From the IMG/VR virus record IMGVR_UViG_3300021197_001267, positions 1 to 59,778 of that record: a DNA stretch of 59,778 nt; one strand, 5' to 3'. This stretch comes from a virus. Taxonomy: Duplodnaviria; Caudoviricetes. Under the pieces are notes generated by a model. The model had not been told where the DNA came from. It ran no database searches and saw only the letters and a list, made by a program, of their open reading frames with translations. A program made the position numbers and the translations under genes. Below, in pieces: positions 45,538 through 55,595 of the stretch; positions within the stretch are counted from its first letter, which is position 1, and the number at the start of each line of letters is the position of its first letter.

Positions 45538-47974
45538 TATTCAAAATTTGTGATACGATATCGTCCTGTGCGTCAGGGGCATCTTCCATTACTGGGCGCT
45601 CACCTTTTCTTTGAGCAATAAGCTTAGACTGTACAGCAGCTTGCTTGTCAACTCTTGAGTCCTTCCTGTCTTCTTTAAGTACATCAATCTTTTCTCTGAA
45701 CTCTTGCTCTGTAGACTTAAACCCTAGGGTAGCCTGAGCCCTAATCATCTCAATCTCCCTGCGAAGCTGATGCAGCGCTTGGCCGACCTGAATCTCGCTT
45801 TGTCCTTTGAGCTGAATCTTCTGCGCTTCTAGCTGAGCTTCCATTTGCATCTGCTGAGACTTCATCTGCATCGCCATCTGCTGACTCTGTGCATTCATCT
45901 GCTGCTGCATCTGCATGTTTTGCTGCTGAGCCTTTTGTGCTTCAGACATACGGCGCTTGCGACGAACTACGAGAAGCCTTTGAGCCTGGTCCACATCTTT
46001 AATCTGACGGACAGCAAGAGCGTCCTCTAGGTCGATTTGCTTTTGGGCAAGAGACTGCTGAATATTCTGCTCCAAGAAGATTCTATCCTCGTCACTCATC
46101 TCCTTTACAACACGAACTCCGAAGTTGTACATGGGTAATTCAGAGAAAGAACTAAGGATATCCATATTGTACTTTCCAATAGCCTTCTCGTAGACTCGGT
46201 AAAGCACAGATTCAGTTGGGATTATTTGAAGACACTTAACGACATCCTTACACACTTTCTTGTACAAAACAAGAGAGGCATTTGTAATGTCGTACAGCGC
46301 GTTGTTTCCAGCAGCCATAGCTTGCTGCCTTACCCCCACAAGGGCGTCTCCCTTAGGAGTGCTTGCATCCATCACCTCGTTGACACCACTAGCATCCCTA
46401 ATCATTGTAAGGTAGTGGTTGTACAGCTGTACGTACTGCTGAATGTTTCTTATCGTGTTGTCGATTGGGCGAATAGGCGGGTTCTGAAAACTACCGTCTG
46501 GGTTCTTGCTTCTGTAGTAGAAGACACCCGTCTGCTCGTAGATGTCTTGAATCTGTAGCGGTTGAAGCTCACCTCCTCTACCTAGCTGGACATTCTCTAA
46601 GCCTTCGATATCAACAATGACTCCATCAGGCTTAGCCTTGGCAATCGCTTGTTGAATCTTAAGATGAGTCAACTGCATCTGGTCTGCAAAACCCGTGATG
46701 CTTCCGACCATAGACTTAGGGCGCATGCGTCTAAGGTTAGAGCACGCCACACTGTACGAAAGTGATGCCTTGGTTAAGTCGTGGACATTCTTGGGGATGT
46801 TCTTCTTCTGACCATAATTAAACAACTTACCCATGCCGAGCATGTAGCTGCCTCCATACAGTGTCTCAACCTCCATCTTGTAAGGCTCTCTATTATATAC
46901 AGACTCAGCAGGTGGCTTGTACTCAGAGCCCTTGTAGTAGAAACCCTCATTGCCAAATCTAGACTCCTTGCTCTCGTAGTAAACGCAGTCTACTGAAACG
47001 AATTCAAAGTCCAATACCTCAACTAGATAATCGTCATACCCATGACGCATAGAGCCAGACATCTTATCGTAATTCTTAGACGAGAACTTAGATGTGTCGT
47101 TAAAGGATTTAACCTGTGCCTTTCGAGCAATCTCTTCGTATTCTTTTTCGGTGAACTCATCACCAGCCAAGCGCTTGAGCTCAGCGACACTGATGTGCTT
47201 AATGTGACCTCCGTAAACCACATCTGACATATTAGGGTCTTCTGTGTAACTGTGGACGAACATCGCGGGGTCAACATAATCTACCGTGATTCCGTAGTTA
47301 GGGTCGTTACTTCTCTTGGCTACTCCCATCCCACAAACAACTAGGTCCTCTACGCATCTGCGATATACAGCATCGTCAAAATCATTCCAATCAAGGGTCA
47401 ACGATGTGCCCACCTGAGCAGCAATCTCCGCATTGGTCTTGATGTTCTGGTCCATAAAAACCTCAGCCTCCTCTGTTGAATCAGGCAGGTCTGCGGGGTT
47501 GATTTCTGTTTGCAGACCAATGGAACGCGCCTCAGACAACATGGCCTTATTCTCAATAGAGGACTCTATCAAAGCTCTCTTCTCGTCTTTCTCTCCTTTG
47601 GAGACTGGGTCGACAGCCTCTACCGAGGGGTATGGCTTTCTTGAAAGAACTTTGTTTACGACAACACGAACGAACTTAGGGATGATTGGAACAGGCGACC
47701 AGTCGAGGTTAAGCAATGTTCCGTCTCCGTTGTTTGGGTCTAATGAAGACAGAATCTGCTTGTAAATAGATGTGTCTTGAGTACCGTTAGCATAGTCCCT
47801 GTTTCTTTCGAACTCGCGTTGGCGTCCTCCGACAACAGAGCTTGCATCATCCATACTCCCCCACTGACCCTCAATAGCCTTCGCATATTTGGTCCCGTAT
47901 TCTCTCGAAAGCTTCTCTTCTTGAGAAGCCAAGGGGCTTGGAAACTTCCCGTAATTTTTGTTGCCTGTGGTCAT
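45530..47974 (-). CDS. portal protein
   Basis: 814 aa after terL; LNLDWSPVPIIPKFVRVVVN, YVDPAMFVHSYTEDP, LTHLKIQQ, Q-rich helical C-terminus; TATATTTG box at 47996-48003. Confidence 0.85.
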   Translation of the reverse strand: MTTGNKNYGKFPSPLASQEEKLSREYGTKYAKAIEGQWGSMDDASSVVGGRQREFERNRDYANGTQDTSIYKQILSSLDPNNGDGTLLNLDWSPVPIIPKFVRVVVNKVLSRKPYPSVEAVDPVSKGEKDEKRALIESSIENKAMLSEARSIGLQTEINPADLPDSTEEAEVFMDQNIKTNAEIAAQVGTSLTLDWNDFDDAVYRRCVEDLVVCGMGVAKRSNDPNYGITVDYVDPAMFVHSYTEDPNMSDVVYGGHIKHISVAELKRLAGDEFTEKEYEEIARKAQVKSFNDTSKFSSKNYDKMSGSMRHGYDDYLVEVLDFEFVSVDCVYYESKESRFGNEGFYYKGSEYKPPAESVYNREPYKMEVETLYGGSYMLGMGKLFNYGQKKNIPKNVHDLTKASLSYSVACSNLRRMRPKSMVGSITGFADQMQLTHLKIQQAIAKAKPDGVIVDIEGLENVQLGRGGELQPLQIQDIYEQTGVFYYRSKNPDGSFQNPPIRPIDNTIRNIQQYVQLYNHYLTMIRDASGVNEVMDASTPKGDALVGVRQQAMAAGNNALYDITNASLVLYKKVCKDVVKCLQIIPTESVLYRVYEKAIGKYNMDILSSFSELPMYNFGVRVVKEMSDEDRIFLEQNIQQSLAQKQIDLEDALAVRQIKDVDQAQRLLVVRRKRRMSEAQKAQQQNMQMQQQMNAQSQQMAMQMKSQQMQMEAQLEAQKIQLKGQSEIQVGQALHQLRREIEMIRAQATLGFKSTEQEFREKIDVLKEDRKDSRVDKQAAVQSKLIAQRKGERPVMEDAPDAQDDIVSQILNNG

Positions 47975-48023
47975 CCGTTGCTATTTGGGCTCTCGCAAAT
48001 ATAGCAATACTCTAGGTGACCAA

Positions 48024-50135
48024 TTATTTCATATTGAAGGTCCTGAAAAACACCTTATCCTCAAAATTAGAAGGCTTCTTTTTGGGCTTTACTTTTTGAG
48101 CAGCGAGCAGGGCAAGCCCCGCGCTTATCGTCAAGTCAAACTTTGTTCTATTGTCAATCTTAAATCCCACCCAGTCTTCTAACGTTCTGTTGAAATACAT
48201 ATTGCCCATGACTCCATCTTCACTAAGTCCAACATGATTGTGAATGTAAGCCTCGATAGCTTGAGCATGAGCATGTATGACGTCTTGAGAATTAGACGGT
48301 ATTCCTTTTGTCTTTACGCTTGGAGAAGAACTTCCGTTTCTCAAGTGCTCAGGCCTATCCATGACATATCCGTCATAACCCCTTGACTCAAAGTATCTTA
48401 CGATTCCGTACTTGTTGTTCTCAATAAGCAAGGGATAGCCATAGAAAACCGCAGCCATCAACACATCCTCATAGAATATCTTAGCGAGGGGAGGACGGCT
48501 GGCGTACTCGGCAACAAACATGTTGCTGGCACCATTTAGATTGAACTTGTTGTATATGTGACAAGCTCCCTTTGAGCCGCGACTTACATCAACGGTGGCG
48601 TCGATGTCGTAAGAGTCAACACCCCCACAACCCTTGTCTGGATTTGGAGGAACCTTCTTGCCCTTCTTTTCTAAAACCACACTTCTGTCGGACATGTCTG
48701 GCATCCAAGAAATGTACCAACGGCCCTGAGGCGTGGGTTGAAATACAACCTTGCTGTCCTTTACGCCCCCAGCCCATGTAAAGTTTCCTCTAACCACAGG
48801 GTCTGGAAACATCATCTCGTTGTGTTCTACCTGCTCATAAATTTTACCGATGTTAAACAGGCTACCTTCTACGGAGTCCCTGAAGGCTTCGTCCGTTGTA
48901 AATGGAAATTGCCTTATGAACTCATTCAGCTCTCTGGCGTCGTGTTTAAGAGCATCCCTCTCGTTCTTCAAAAACCTCCTTGCGCCAAAGGTCATCACCT
49001 CCCCGTCCATTGCGGTGACGGGCTCTTTGATATCAACGATGGGATTTCCGTACTTATCAAAGAAACCTTCTAGTGCATCGTGAGCGGGGATGAAGATTCG
49101 ATACAACCCAGATACCGTTCTTCCGTTAGCGTTTCTATTTGTGGCATCGGAGTCATTCCATAATTGCTTGAACTGATTGCCTCCCTTATCCATAGGGTTA
49201 ACGGTACTTCCCACCAAGGCTTTTCCAATAATCTTTCTACCTACGATAAGGCAGGTTCTTTGAATCCTCCAAGCCTCTCTTATGTCTGTAGGTTTCTCCC
49301 ACTTGCCTGCCTCGTCGAGATACATCATGTGAAGCTTCTCACCATCGTATGCGTTGTTGGTGGTGTTCTTCCAGTTCACTACGGTGTTAAGAGCCTCGCC
49401 CTTTTGAGCGGTCTTATTGTTTTTGGTGATACGCTTTGAAGGCTCACGAAAGGCCAGCTCCATCCTGGGGTTTGTGGTTCCGTCTTGAATAGGCTTGAAG
49501 AAGAAAGGGTAGTAGCGAAACATGTTCACCACCTTCTTCATGAAGATATTCTCTTGAGCGTCCTTGCCCGTCTTAGACTGTATGCCTAGCAGCTTATCCT
49601 TTACCTGTGTTGCCTCGTCGAGGAGTACAGCAGAGCAGATGTTTGTATAACCACTACGCCGACACTTCGTGTACAGCTGTCCCATACATCGCGGGTCGGC
49701 TTCGCACGCGGCCATGTGCAAGAAGATGTCTCTTTGGAACGAGAGGTAGTCGGGATATCCGACATCCATCTTCGTCCACTGAAGCATCATATAGTGCCTG
49801 CCCGTAATATATGTAGGTACACCCTCATTGAAAAACCAAAAGCCCTCACGCCTACGGCGAAACTCCTCTTCGATATATGGACGAAACTTTTCTCTAAACT
49901 CCCTTGGCATCTCTGCCCACTCATCCATAGACTTAATCCTAGACAGCTCCTTTGGCATAGCCCCCCTCTCCCACAGCTGCATGTCGTCTGGTTCTCCATA
50001 TCCGACAATCTCCTTTTCGGGAGGCTGAGCGGGAAGAAGAATGCGTAGCCCTGCAAGTTCGACAGTTTCTCCCTGCGTACCGTTGGGGCAAATTGAGATA
50101 AGAGCCTCTTCATCTTCTATAAGGACTAATGACAT
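48024..50135 (-). CDS. terL: terminase large subunit
   Basis: YITGRHY, Walker A KCRRSGYT, Walker B YLDEAGK, VGST, RQFP...EAF, nuclease GVDSYD, IENNK, KFDLTISAG. Confidence 0.92.
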   Translation of the reverse strand: MSLVLIEDEEALISICPNGTQGETVELAGLRILLPAQPPEKEIVGYGEPDDMQLWERGAMPKELSRIKSMDEWAEMPREFREKFRPYIEEEFRRRREGFWFFNEGVPTYITGRHYMMLQWTKMDVGYPDYLSFQRDIFLHMAACEADPRCMGQLYTKCRRSGYTNICSAVLLDEATQVKDKLLGIQSKTGKDAQENIFMKKVVNMFRYYPFFFKPIQDGTTNPRMELAFREPSKRITKNNKTAQKGEALNTVVNWKNTTNNAYDGEKLHMMYLDEAGKWEKPTDIREAWRIQRTCLIVGRKIIGKALVGSTVNPMDKGGNQFKQLWNDSDATNRNANGRTVSGLYRIFIPAHDALEGFFDKYGNPIVDIKEPVTAMDGEVMTFGARRFLKNERDALKHDARELNEFIRQFPFTTDEAFRDSVEGSLFNIGKIYEQVEHNEMMFPDPVVRGNFTWAGGVKDSKVVFQPTPQGRWYISWMPDMSDRSVVLEKKGKKVPPNPDKGCGGVDSYDIDATVDVSRGSKGACHIYNKFNLNGASNMFVAEYASRPPLAKIFYEDVLMAAVFYGYPLLIENNKYGIVRYFESRGYDGYVMDRPEHLRNGSSSPSVKTKGIPSNSQDVIHAHAQAIEAYIHNHVGLSEDGVMGNMYFNRTLEDWVGFKIDNRTKFDLTISAGLALLAAQKVKPKKKPSNFEDKVFFRTFNMK

Positions 50136-50425
50136 TACTTACTAAACCTTTCGGCAAAACCTCCAGAGTAGTCTTTGTCTGATTTAATTTCACCGTTCTG
50201 CTTAAGGTCCTTAACCATCTGCTCTAGTCTCTGGCGCTCTACGATGAGTTCCTTACAGTCAACCGCTGTTTGCTTTATCGACTGAAGCTCTGCCTTTCGA
50301 GCACTGCCGTTAACCTCTGGGTCTACAGGCTTTTTTATTTCCTCTATCATGTTGTCAATGGCGATAGCCATGCTATCCATAAGCCTTGTTGAGGCAGCCA
50401 TTGTTGTGAACTTAGTCTTTGACAT
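50135..50425 (-). CDS. putative terminase small subunit
   Basis: 96 aa helical protein directly upstream of terL, ends GGFAERFSK. Confidence 0.55.
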   Translation of the reverse strand: MSKTKFTTMAASTRLMDSMAIAIDNMIEEIKKPVDPEVNGSARKAELQSIKQTAVDCKELIVERQRLEQMVKDLKQNGEIKSDKDYSGGFAERFSK

Positions 50426-50987
50426 AGTTCAAGTTGTCTTCAGTCATTCTAAAAACAACGCTACCATCATCGAGAGTCATCTTGTAGTCTGCATCTTTAG
50501 TGAAGCATACAATAGACCCCTCTGTTACTCCCTGTTGGGATAAGTAATCCGAGGGCTTAAACATCTTTGCGAGGTTCTCGTTTTTGTTGTGTATAGCAAG
50601 GCGAGAAACTAACCCCGACTCTGTCACTACATCTTGAGATTCTTCTGTGGGAACTACAAAAATCCAATGACCTAGCATTGAAATCTCACCTGTGTCCTTA
50701 CATCGGTAAGCGATAGCATCTCCCCGTCCTGTGCTATACCTAGCTATGTACGTGTCATCTCCTATAGAGAGGTCTTTCGTTGTTGTCACATGGTGATGAA
50801 AAAACAGAGTGTCTCCTTCTTTGGCGCCTGTAGCGTGACGAAGGGGTGCGGAAACTATCTCTCCAAAACAAATCCTGTTCTCAAACTCATCGAACTTGGA
50901 TTCGAGGTAAATGTCTTTGCCCGCGACATTAAGCGTATCGTTAAAGCGCTTTTCTACTTTAACGAAGAAGTGGTTTAATGACTTCAT
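50412..50987 (-). CDS. GroES-like co-chaperonin (tandem domains)
   Basis: GEIVSAP...KEGDTLFF and LGHWIFVVP...TESGLV...VTEGSIVCF...FRMTEDNL. Confidence 0.6.
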   Translation of the reverse strand: MKSLNHFFVKVEKRFNDTLNVAGKDIYLESKFDEFENRICFGEIVSAPLRHATGAKEGDTLFFHHHVTTTKDLSIGDDTYIARYSTGRGDAIAYRCKDTGEISMLGHWIFVVPTEESQDVVTESGLVSRLAIHNKNENLAKMFKPSDYLSQQGVTEGSIVCFTKDADYKMTLDDGSVVFRMTEDNLNYVKD

Positions 50988-51220
50988 TCAAAATTACAAT
51001 CGTATTCAACTAAGACTGGCTGGTTCTCAACCGTCTTCCAAATATAGGAAGAATCCTCGTCCTCAATGAATACGTTGTATCTGCGAATGCTGTGCTTGAA
51101 CATAGCCCTCTCGTCTTCGACGATGGCGGACACCTTTCCTTTGCCAGCTCTCATGCCGACGTAGTAAGCCATGGCGTCCTTGGGATTAGGACCCACAACA
51201 ATTTTTCTAATTAGATTCAT
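50984..51220 (-). CDS. conserved hypothetical protein
   Basis: IRKIVVG.NPKDAM.YYVG...WK...PV.VEY. Confidence 0.65.
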   Translation of the reverse strand: MNLIRKIVVGPNPKDAMAYYVGMRAGKGKVSAIVEDERAMFKHSIRRYNVFIEDEDSSYIWKTVENQPVLVEYDCNFE

Positions 51221-51221
51221 G

Positions 51222-51506
51222 TCAATTCATAAAGAGGAAGTCGAGGGGGTCGTCAGGTTCTTCGTGAGACTTCATGAAAGCCTCTACTTGAAGTTGAACC
51301 ACCTCCTCTAACTCGTCAGTGTCTTTTACATTCCATGTGTACTTGAGCTGCCACTCGTGTGTATCCTCCTCCTCTTCTTCCATAGCCCCCACGCACGCCA
51401 TGTACACTACGTTTCCGCTCGTGTTGTACTTGGCAACGATAGCTTCTATCTGCTCAAAGCACTCATCGAGTTCTTCAAACATGGTCTTCTTTAAGATGTC
51501 GTCCAT
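51222..51506 (-). CDS. acidic hypothetical protein
   Basis: 94 aa ORF in the operon. Confidence 0.6.
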   Translation of the reverse strand: MDDILKKTMFEELDECFEQIEAIVAKYNTSGNVVYMACVGAMEEEEEDTHEWQLKYTWNVKDTDELEEVVQLQVEAFMKSHEEPDDPLDFLFMN

Positions 51507-51519
51507 AGCCTTAAGATAC

Positions 51520-52704
51520 TTAATCTCTGGTTCCGTCTGAGGTAGCCGCTGTCCAGTTTTGGAAAGGCGTCAAAGCAATGTAGTCCTCAAATGTTCCATC
51601 AGGGGACTCCTGGTCACCTTCGATATTCGTGTTAAACGTATTCGTTGAATGAACGTCACCGTATATGAACCAGTTGTTGTCGGCCACGGCCATGACGGTA
51701 ATCTTACTTCCCGAGATACCACCAACAAGTTGTTCGGTGGATTGAGTATTGTAACTGTTTTTGAAGTTGACTTTATTAGGACGTCCCGTAGTGTTTGAAA
51801 GATTCTTAAAACACGTAAGCGTGCTGTAGGCATGATTCATAGCGTAACTAGTACCTGACTTGACCATGATGTCCGATACTGTAGTTCCATTACTGATGGC
51901 ACTACTGTGAATTGTCAATGAACCAAAGATACCGTCTGTTTCTAGTTTTGTCTCTAGAGACCACCCGCCGCCAGTGGTGGCAAATACGATATCGTAAAAA
52001 AGACCTTCTTGCCAGGTTGGTAGTACTAATCCATCACCATTATTCATTGCTGAATAAACAACAAGAGTGCTTCCTGATTGGCCCGCCGTAAGGTTTCTAT
52101 CGGCAGTCAGGGATATAAATTCCTTCTTCGTTACGTTTCTCTCAAGGGAGCTGATGGTAGCCGTCAGGGTATTGGCAGCCTCAACCGAGGTGACTGTCGT
52201 AGCCCCCGCGCCAACAAGCTCGATGGCCTTGGTCACACCTGCCGTATCCGTGACAGAGTATTTACTATTGGTAGCATCAAGAGCAACAGTAGCTCCAACG
52301 GTTGCGGAGTTTGTAAGCGTAATCGTAGTTCCGCTAACGGCGAGGGTGAGACCCGTGCCTGCTGCTACCGTAAATGAATTAGATGCGTTATTACCTGTAG
52401 AAACCGTAGCCGTGCCCGTTGAAGTAGCCACACTGACAACAGGGTCTGACTGAGTGAAGTCGTAAAAACCAACAGTCTTAGCTGTGTCGTCCCAAGTCAA
52501 AAACCTAGTAAGGGTGCTGGTCTCGGACACGTTCTCCACAAGAAGAGCATCAACCTTTACTTGGCTAGATGAAAGCTGCAGAGCTGAGTCTGCCCCTGCT
52601 CCATCTGTAATTCTTTTGAGTCCCGTTGTCACCGCACTGTTGTCAGTGGTCTTCAACAGCCCAGTGTAAGAGTTTTTAATCTGCGTTCCAGCGAGTGAGG
52701 CCAT
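51520..52704 (-). CDS. putative head/tail fibre-like structural protein
   Basis: T/S/A/G-rich; start moved to MASLAGTQIK (52704) after the TATATTTG box at 52723-52730. Confidence 0.65.
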   Translation of the reverse strand: MASLAGTQIKNSYTGLLKTTDNSAVTTGLKRITDGAGADSALQLSSSQVKVDALLVENVSETSTLTRFLTWDDTAKTVGFYDFTQSDPVVSVATSTGTATVSTGNNASNSFTVAAGTGLTLAVSGTTITLTNSATVGATVALDATNSKYSVTDTAGVTKAIELVGAGATTVTSVEAANTLTATISSLERNVTKKEFISLTADRNLTAGQSGSTLVVYSAMNNGDGLVLPTWQEGLFYDIVFATTGGGWSLETKLETDGIFGSLTIHSSAISNGTTVSDIMVKSGTSYAMNHAYSTLTCFKNLSNTTGRPNKVNFKNSYNTQSTEQLVGGISGSKITVMAVADNNWFIYGDVHSTNTFNTNIEGDQESPDGTFEDYIALTPFQNWTAATSDGTRD

Positions 52705-52735
52705 GTTCTTAATTTTACACCACAAATATACTTCA

Positions 52736-53209
52736 ATGAGCAGAACCCATAAAGGAAGAAAGTTCCGAGAGTTCTCTATGCTGAACGAGAGGTACGTCAA
52801 TAACAACTACCTCAAGTACTACAAGCTTGCAAAGAGAGACATATCCAGTAACTACGATGTCACAGAGAATGAGCTTGAGTGCCTGCTCTTTATGTACGAC
52901 TACGAGTTTTTTACCAGAGCCCACATAGCCGAGGCACTGCACCAGAACAAGACTAAGTTCTACGAGAGGGTCTTGCGCCCCCTAAAGAACAAGGGGTTGG
53001 TGGAACGCATATACTACAAGAAGGACCTAGCGAATGCTACCATGGAACAGATGGCATTCCTTAAATACAATAAGGGCAACTACAGAGCTCGCTATCAGAT
53101 AACGCAGAAGGCTAGACTTCTAGTCCAACGGTTCTATCGCAAGCTACACGGAGAGGAGGTGATAAAGATTACTCCCCGTAAATCTTCTGACGACGGGCCT
53201 CAAACGTAG
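52736..53209 (+). CDS. putative winged-helix (MarR-like) transcription regulator
   Basis: ELECLLFMY...FTRAHIAEAL...LRPLKNKGLVE...YQITQKAR; on the opposite strand within the late region. Confidence 0.6.
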   Translation: MSRTHKGRKFREFSMLNERYVNNNYLKYYKLAKRDISSNYDVTENELECLLFMYDYEFFTRAHIAEALHQNKTKFYERVLRPLKNKGLVERIYYKKDLANATMEQMAFLKYNKGNYRARYQITQKARLLVQRFYRKLHGEEVIKITPRKSSDDGPQT

Positions 53210-53816
53210 GCCAGTTCTCTTCAAACTGTCGCCCCTTCTCGGTATCCATCCCTGCAATCTGCTCGATGTACTCTCTACTCTCCTTGTTGATTTCTTTAAT
53301 CCAATCAAGGCTGTTGTAGATATCGTACTTGTCTTTAAGTCTGGTGAGCTCACTGCGTGCTGTACCCTCCCCCGCATTGTATGCAAAGGCAGCCTTAGCG
53401 TATGCGACGATGGGGTCGCTTTTCTCTGCATGCACCCACTCCCTGTCGTACAGGTTCTCCATGTAACCAGACATAGCCTCTCTCGCTTGCACGGGGTCGT
53501 TGGGGTCCCACCCTTCGTTCATGATACCCAGGCGTACCACTTCTTTCTGAGCGATAGGTCTAAACTGCCCGAGGCCTGTGGCCCCTGCGCTAGAGCTACG
53601 ACCAGGAAGGTAGGAGGACTCTACACCCATCTGTCTGTTGACCATACTATTCATATCAAGGGACGGGCTCTCCTCGTGGAACTCCTGCCAGTCCTCTGGG
53701 ACCATGTCTCCTTGGTTATACCTAAACCCTTCGGGGGCTACGGGCTGCTCTGGGTATGAACCAAAGAAGTAATAATTACCGTCGGTGGCAGGCTTGCCTT
53801 TCTTCTTGGGTACCAT
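53169..53816 (-). CDS. SLT-family lytic transglycosylase
   Basis: VESS, S.AGA.GLGQF, AYNAGEG, ESREYI motifs. Confidence 0.85.
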   Translation of the reverse strand: MVPKKKGKPATDGNYYFFGSYPEQPVAPEGFRYNQGDMVPEDWQEFHEESPSLDMNSMVNRQMGVESSYLPGRSSSAGATGLGQFRPIAQKEVVRLGIMNEGWDPNDPVQAREAMSGYMENLYDREWVHAEKSDPIVAYAKAAFAYNAGEGTARSELTRLKDKYDIYNSLDWIKEINKESREYIEQIAGMDTEKGRQFEENWPTFEARRQKIYGE

Positions 53817-53868
53817 TTAACATTCGTTTACACAATATCTAGAATCCACCTCCGTTATAGAAGCAGAG
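53817..53868 (+). promoter_or_regulatory. repeated early promoter-like motif, isolated copy in the late region
   Basis: TTAACATTCGTT (53817-53828), ACACAAT (53830-53836), CGTT (53853-53856), AGAG. Confidence 0.6.
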
Positions 53869-53897
53869 CAACACACAAATTTAATAAATTCAAACTC

Positions 53898-54098
53898 ATG
53901 AAAAAGTTCCTCCTACGCCTCGCGGTAATCGTCGCCATCGGTATCCCCTTTATGGACACACCCGAAAGAGAAGCCAACCGTCTTATCCTCCGCAGCGGTG
54001 ACGGATGTTCCGCACTGGTTAACCGACCACTGCCGTGGAACCTTCCAGGTAACCCATACAACCTGAAGCAGCCGACAGGCAATCAGATTCTTAAGTGA
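53898..54098 (+). CDS. small exported or membrane-anchored protein
   Basis: MKKFLLRLAVIVAIGIPFM signal/TM; has its own promoter motif and terminator. Confidence 0.65.
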   Translation: MKKFLLRLAVIVAIGIPFMDTPEREANRLILRSGDGCSALVNRPLPWNLPGNPYNLKQPTGNQILK

Positions 54099-54100
54099 TA

Positions 54101-54131
54101 AAAGGGAGGGGGCTTAGCCCCTTCTTTTTTT
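54101..54131 (+). terminator. intrinsic terminator, possibly bidirectional
   Basis: AAAGGGAGGGGGC-TTA-GCCCCTTCTTTTTTT between convergent genes. Confidence 0.7.
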
Positions 54132-55004
54132 GCTTACTCCGAAGGACATCTTGCCGCCGTATCCGAAAGATGCAGACGCTCTGTTCTGTCTCTCCTTATA
54201 GGCTTCGAGGGTGATGCGTCCGCTCATGATGTCAGCCAAGTCCTTTGCAGCCTGGCCACCCGTATCAGAGAATCTACCTGACTCTCTGCCGATGTCCTGC
54301 TGATACTTCGTTCTGTTGGCTTCAGCAACGAGGTTCTTAAAGGTTGGGTCTTCTGTCATGTAAGCAGGCAGGTCAGACAAGTCTGTCACCTCACCTCTTT
54401 CTTTTAGCATGCCGTCCTGCACCAAGTCGGAGCGGACACCTCTGAACCCACCAGTGGTTCCCTCACCACGAGCACCACTCTGCGCGATACCTCTATTGAA
54501 TACCGCACTGGACTCAAGGTCGTCACCCATGCTGTAGTCTACAGACTTCTTTACTGGGTCGGGAGTCTGCTCTGGAGGTGCTGGTGGAATAATCCTGTCC
54601 ATCTGCTCTCTCTTCATGCCCATCTTCATCTCGGGCTTACCTCTCTCGGCCAGGAACATCTTTGCTATCCGAGGAGGAACACCACCCACCTGGTTCGTTG
54701 TTTCGGAAGCCATCTGAAGTCTCTCGATGTCGATGGCGTCGTCGGGGCCCTCCACAATGAAGTCGCCTTCTTTGCGAAGAGGCTTATCGTCTGAATTAAG
54801 AGACGCGATGGTTCGTCCTTTTTTCTTTGCTTCGTTAGCTCTATCCATAGCAGCCAACAACTCCTCCTCTTCGCCTACGGCACCGCCTGTGACGTAGTAC
54901 ATCTTGCCACCCTCTCCCATCTCTTTTTTACGCTTCTTGAATTTCTTCAACAACCATTCTGGCATCCTTCCTCCAGCGGCGTAGTCTTTCTTTTTGTACA
55001 TCAT
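54114..55004 (-). CDS. hypothetical protein, probably internal virion, with repeated xxGG(K/R/A)(M/V) motifs
   Basis: YAAGGRM, MGEGGKM, YVTGGAV, FGYGGKM; TATCTTTG box at 55010-55017. Confidence 0.65.
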   Translation of the reverse strand: MMYKKKDYAAGGRMPEWLLKKFKKRKKEMGEGGKMYYVTGGAVGEEEELLAAMDRANEAKKKGRTIASLNSDDKPLRKEGDFIVEGPDDAIDIERLQMASETTNQVGGVPPRIAKMFLAERGKPEMKMGMKREQMDRIIPPAPPEQTPDPVKKSVDYSMGDDLESSAVFNRGIAQSGARGEGTTGGFRGVRSDLVQDGMLKERGEVTDLSDLPAYMTEDPTFKNLVAEANRTKYQQDIGRESGRFSDTGGQAAKDLADIMSGRITLEAYKERQNRASASFGYGGKMSFGVSKKRRG

Positions 55005-55019
55005 GGTTTCAAAGATAAG

Positions 55020-55229
55020 TTACTTCTTCTTTTTCTTTTTTGCTGCAATCTTCCTGGCCTCAGCCTTGCCAAATGCGGACTTCACACGGGCCGCAGCCCA
55101 CGCATGTTGGGACGTCTTCGGTCTATTTCCTGAGGACATATACGCGGCGAGACCTCGACGATACACTTCTTTCTGCGCAGCAGAAAGCTTCGAAAGGAAC
55201 GAACCCTTGGTGCTCTTCTTCTTACTCAT
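55020..55229 (-). CDS. small basic protein (DUF5824-like)
   Basis: EVYRRGLAAY.SSG.RP..S.HAWA.ARV.S. Confidence 0.65.
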   Translation of the reverse strand: MSKKKSTKGSFLSKLSAAQKEVYRRGLAAYMSSGNRPKTSQHAWAAARVKSAFGKAEARKIAAKKKKKK

Positions 55230-55417
55230 AGTTTGTCACGTTGTGCCATAAGCTTCTTCAGTCGGGAAGCTACGGCTGGTGGGAATCCTTTCTTCTGTCG
55301 CTTTGCTTTCGTGCCACGGTACTTGGCGTAGATGGCTGATATCTGCTTCATAAGCGCTTTGCGCTTCGCAGAATTTTTCGAGCCCGCCGTATACTTCTTG
55401 TTGAAGGACTTAGCCAT
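55226..55417 (-). CDS. small basic protein
   Basis: 63 aa, K/R-rich, coupled. Confidence 0.6.
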   Translation of the reverse strand: MAKSFNKKYTAGSKNSAKRKALMKQISAIYAKYRGTKAKRQKKGFPPAVASRLKKLMAQRDKL

Positions 55418-55595
55418 GAGAGGCCACCTTAAAGGGTGCTTCTTTCACGGCGCCAGGGTGTGGCTTGTAGTCCCCCTTCATAAGGTAGAACCGCCCCTGC
55501 TCCTCCATCCAGTGGTAACCAGATGGGGGTGGGACGGATACCTTCTTGCTGCTGACCTTAAGCTTGCCTCTCTCTGACTTCTTTGTGGTCTTCAT
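55410..55595 (-). CDS. small basic protein
   Basis: PP.GYHWM...LMKG.YKPH.GA motif. Confidence 0.6.
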   Translation of the reverse strand: MKTTKKSERGKLKVSSKKVSVPPPSGYHWMEEQGRFYLMKGDYKPHPGAVKEAPFKVASHG

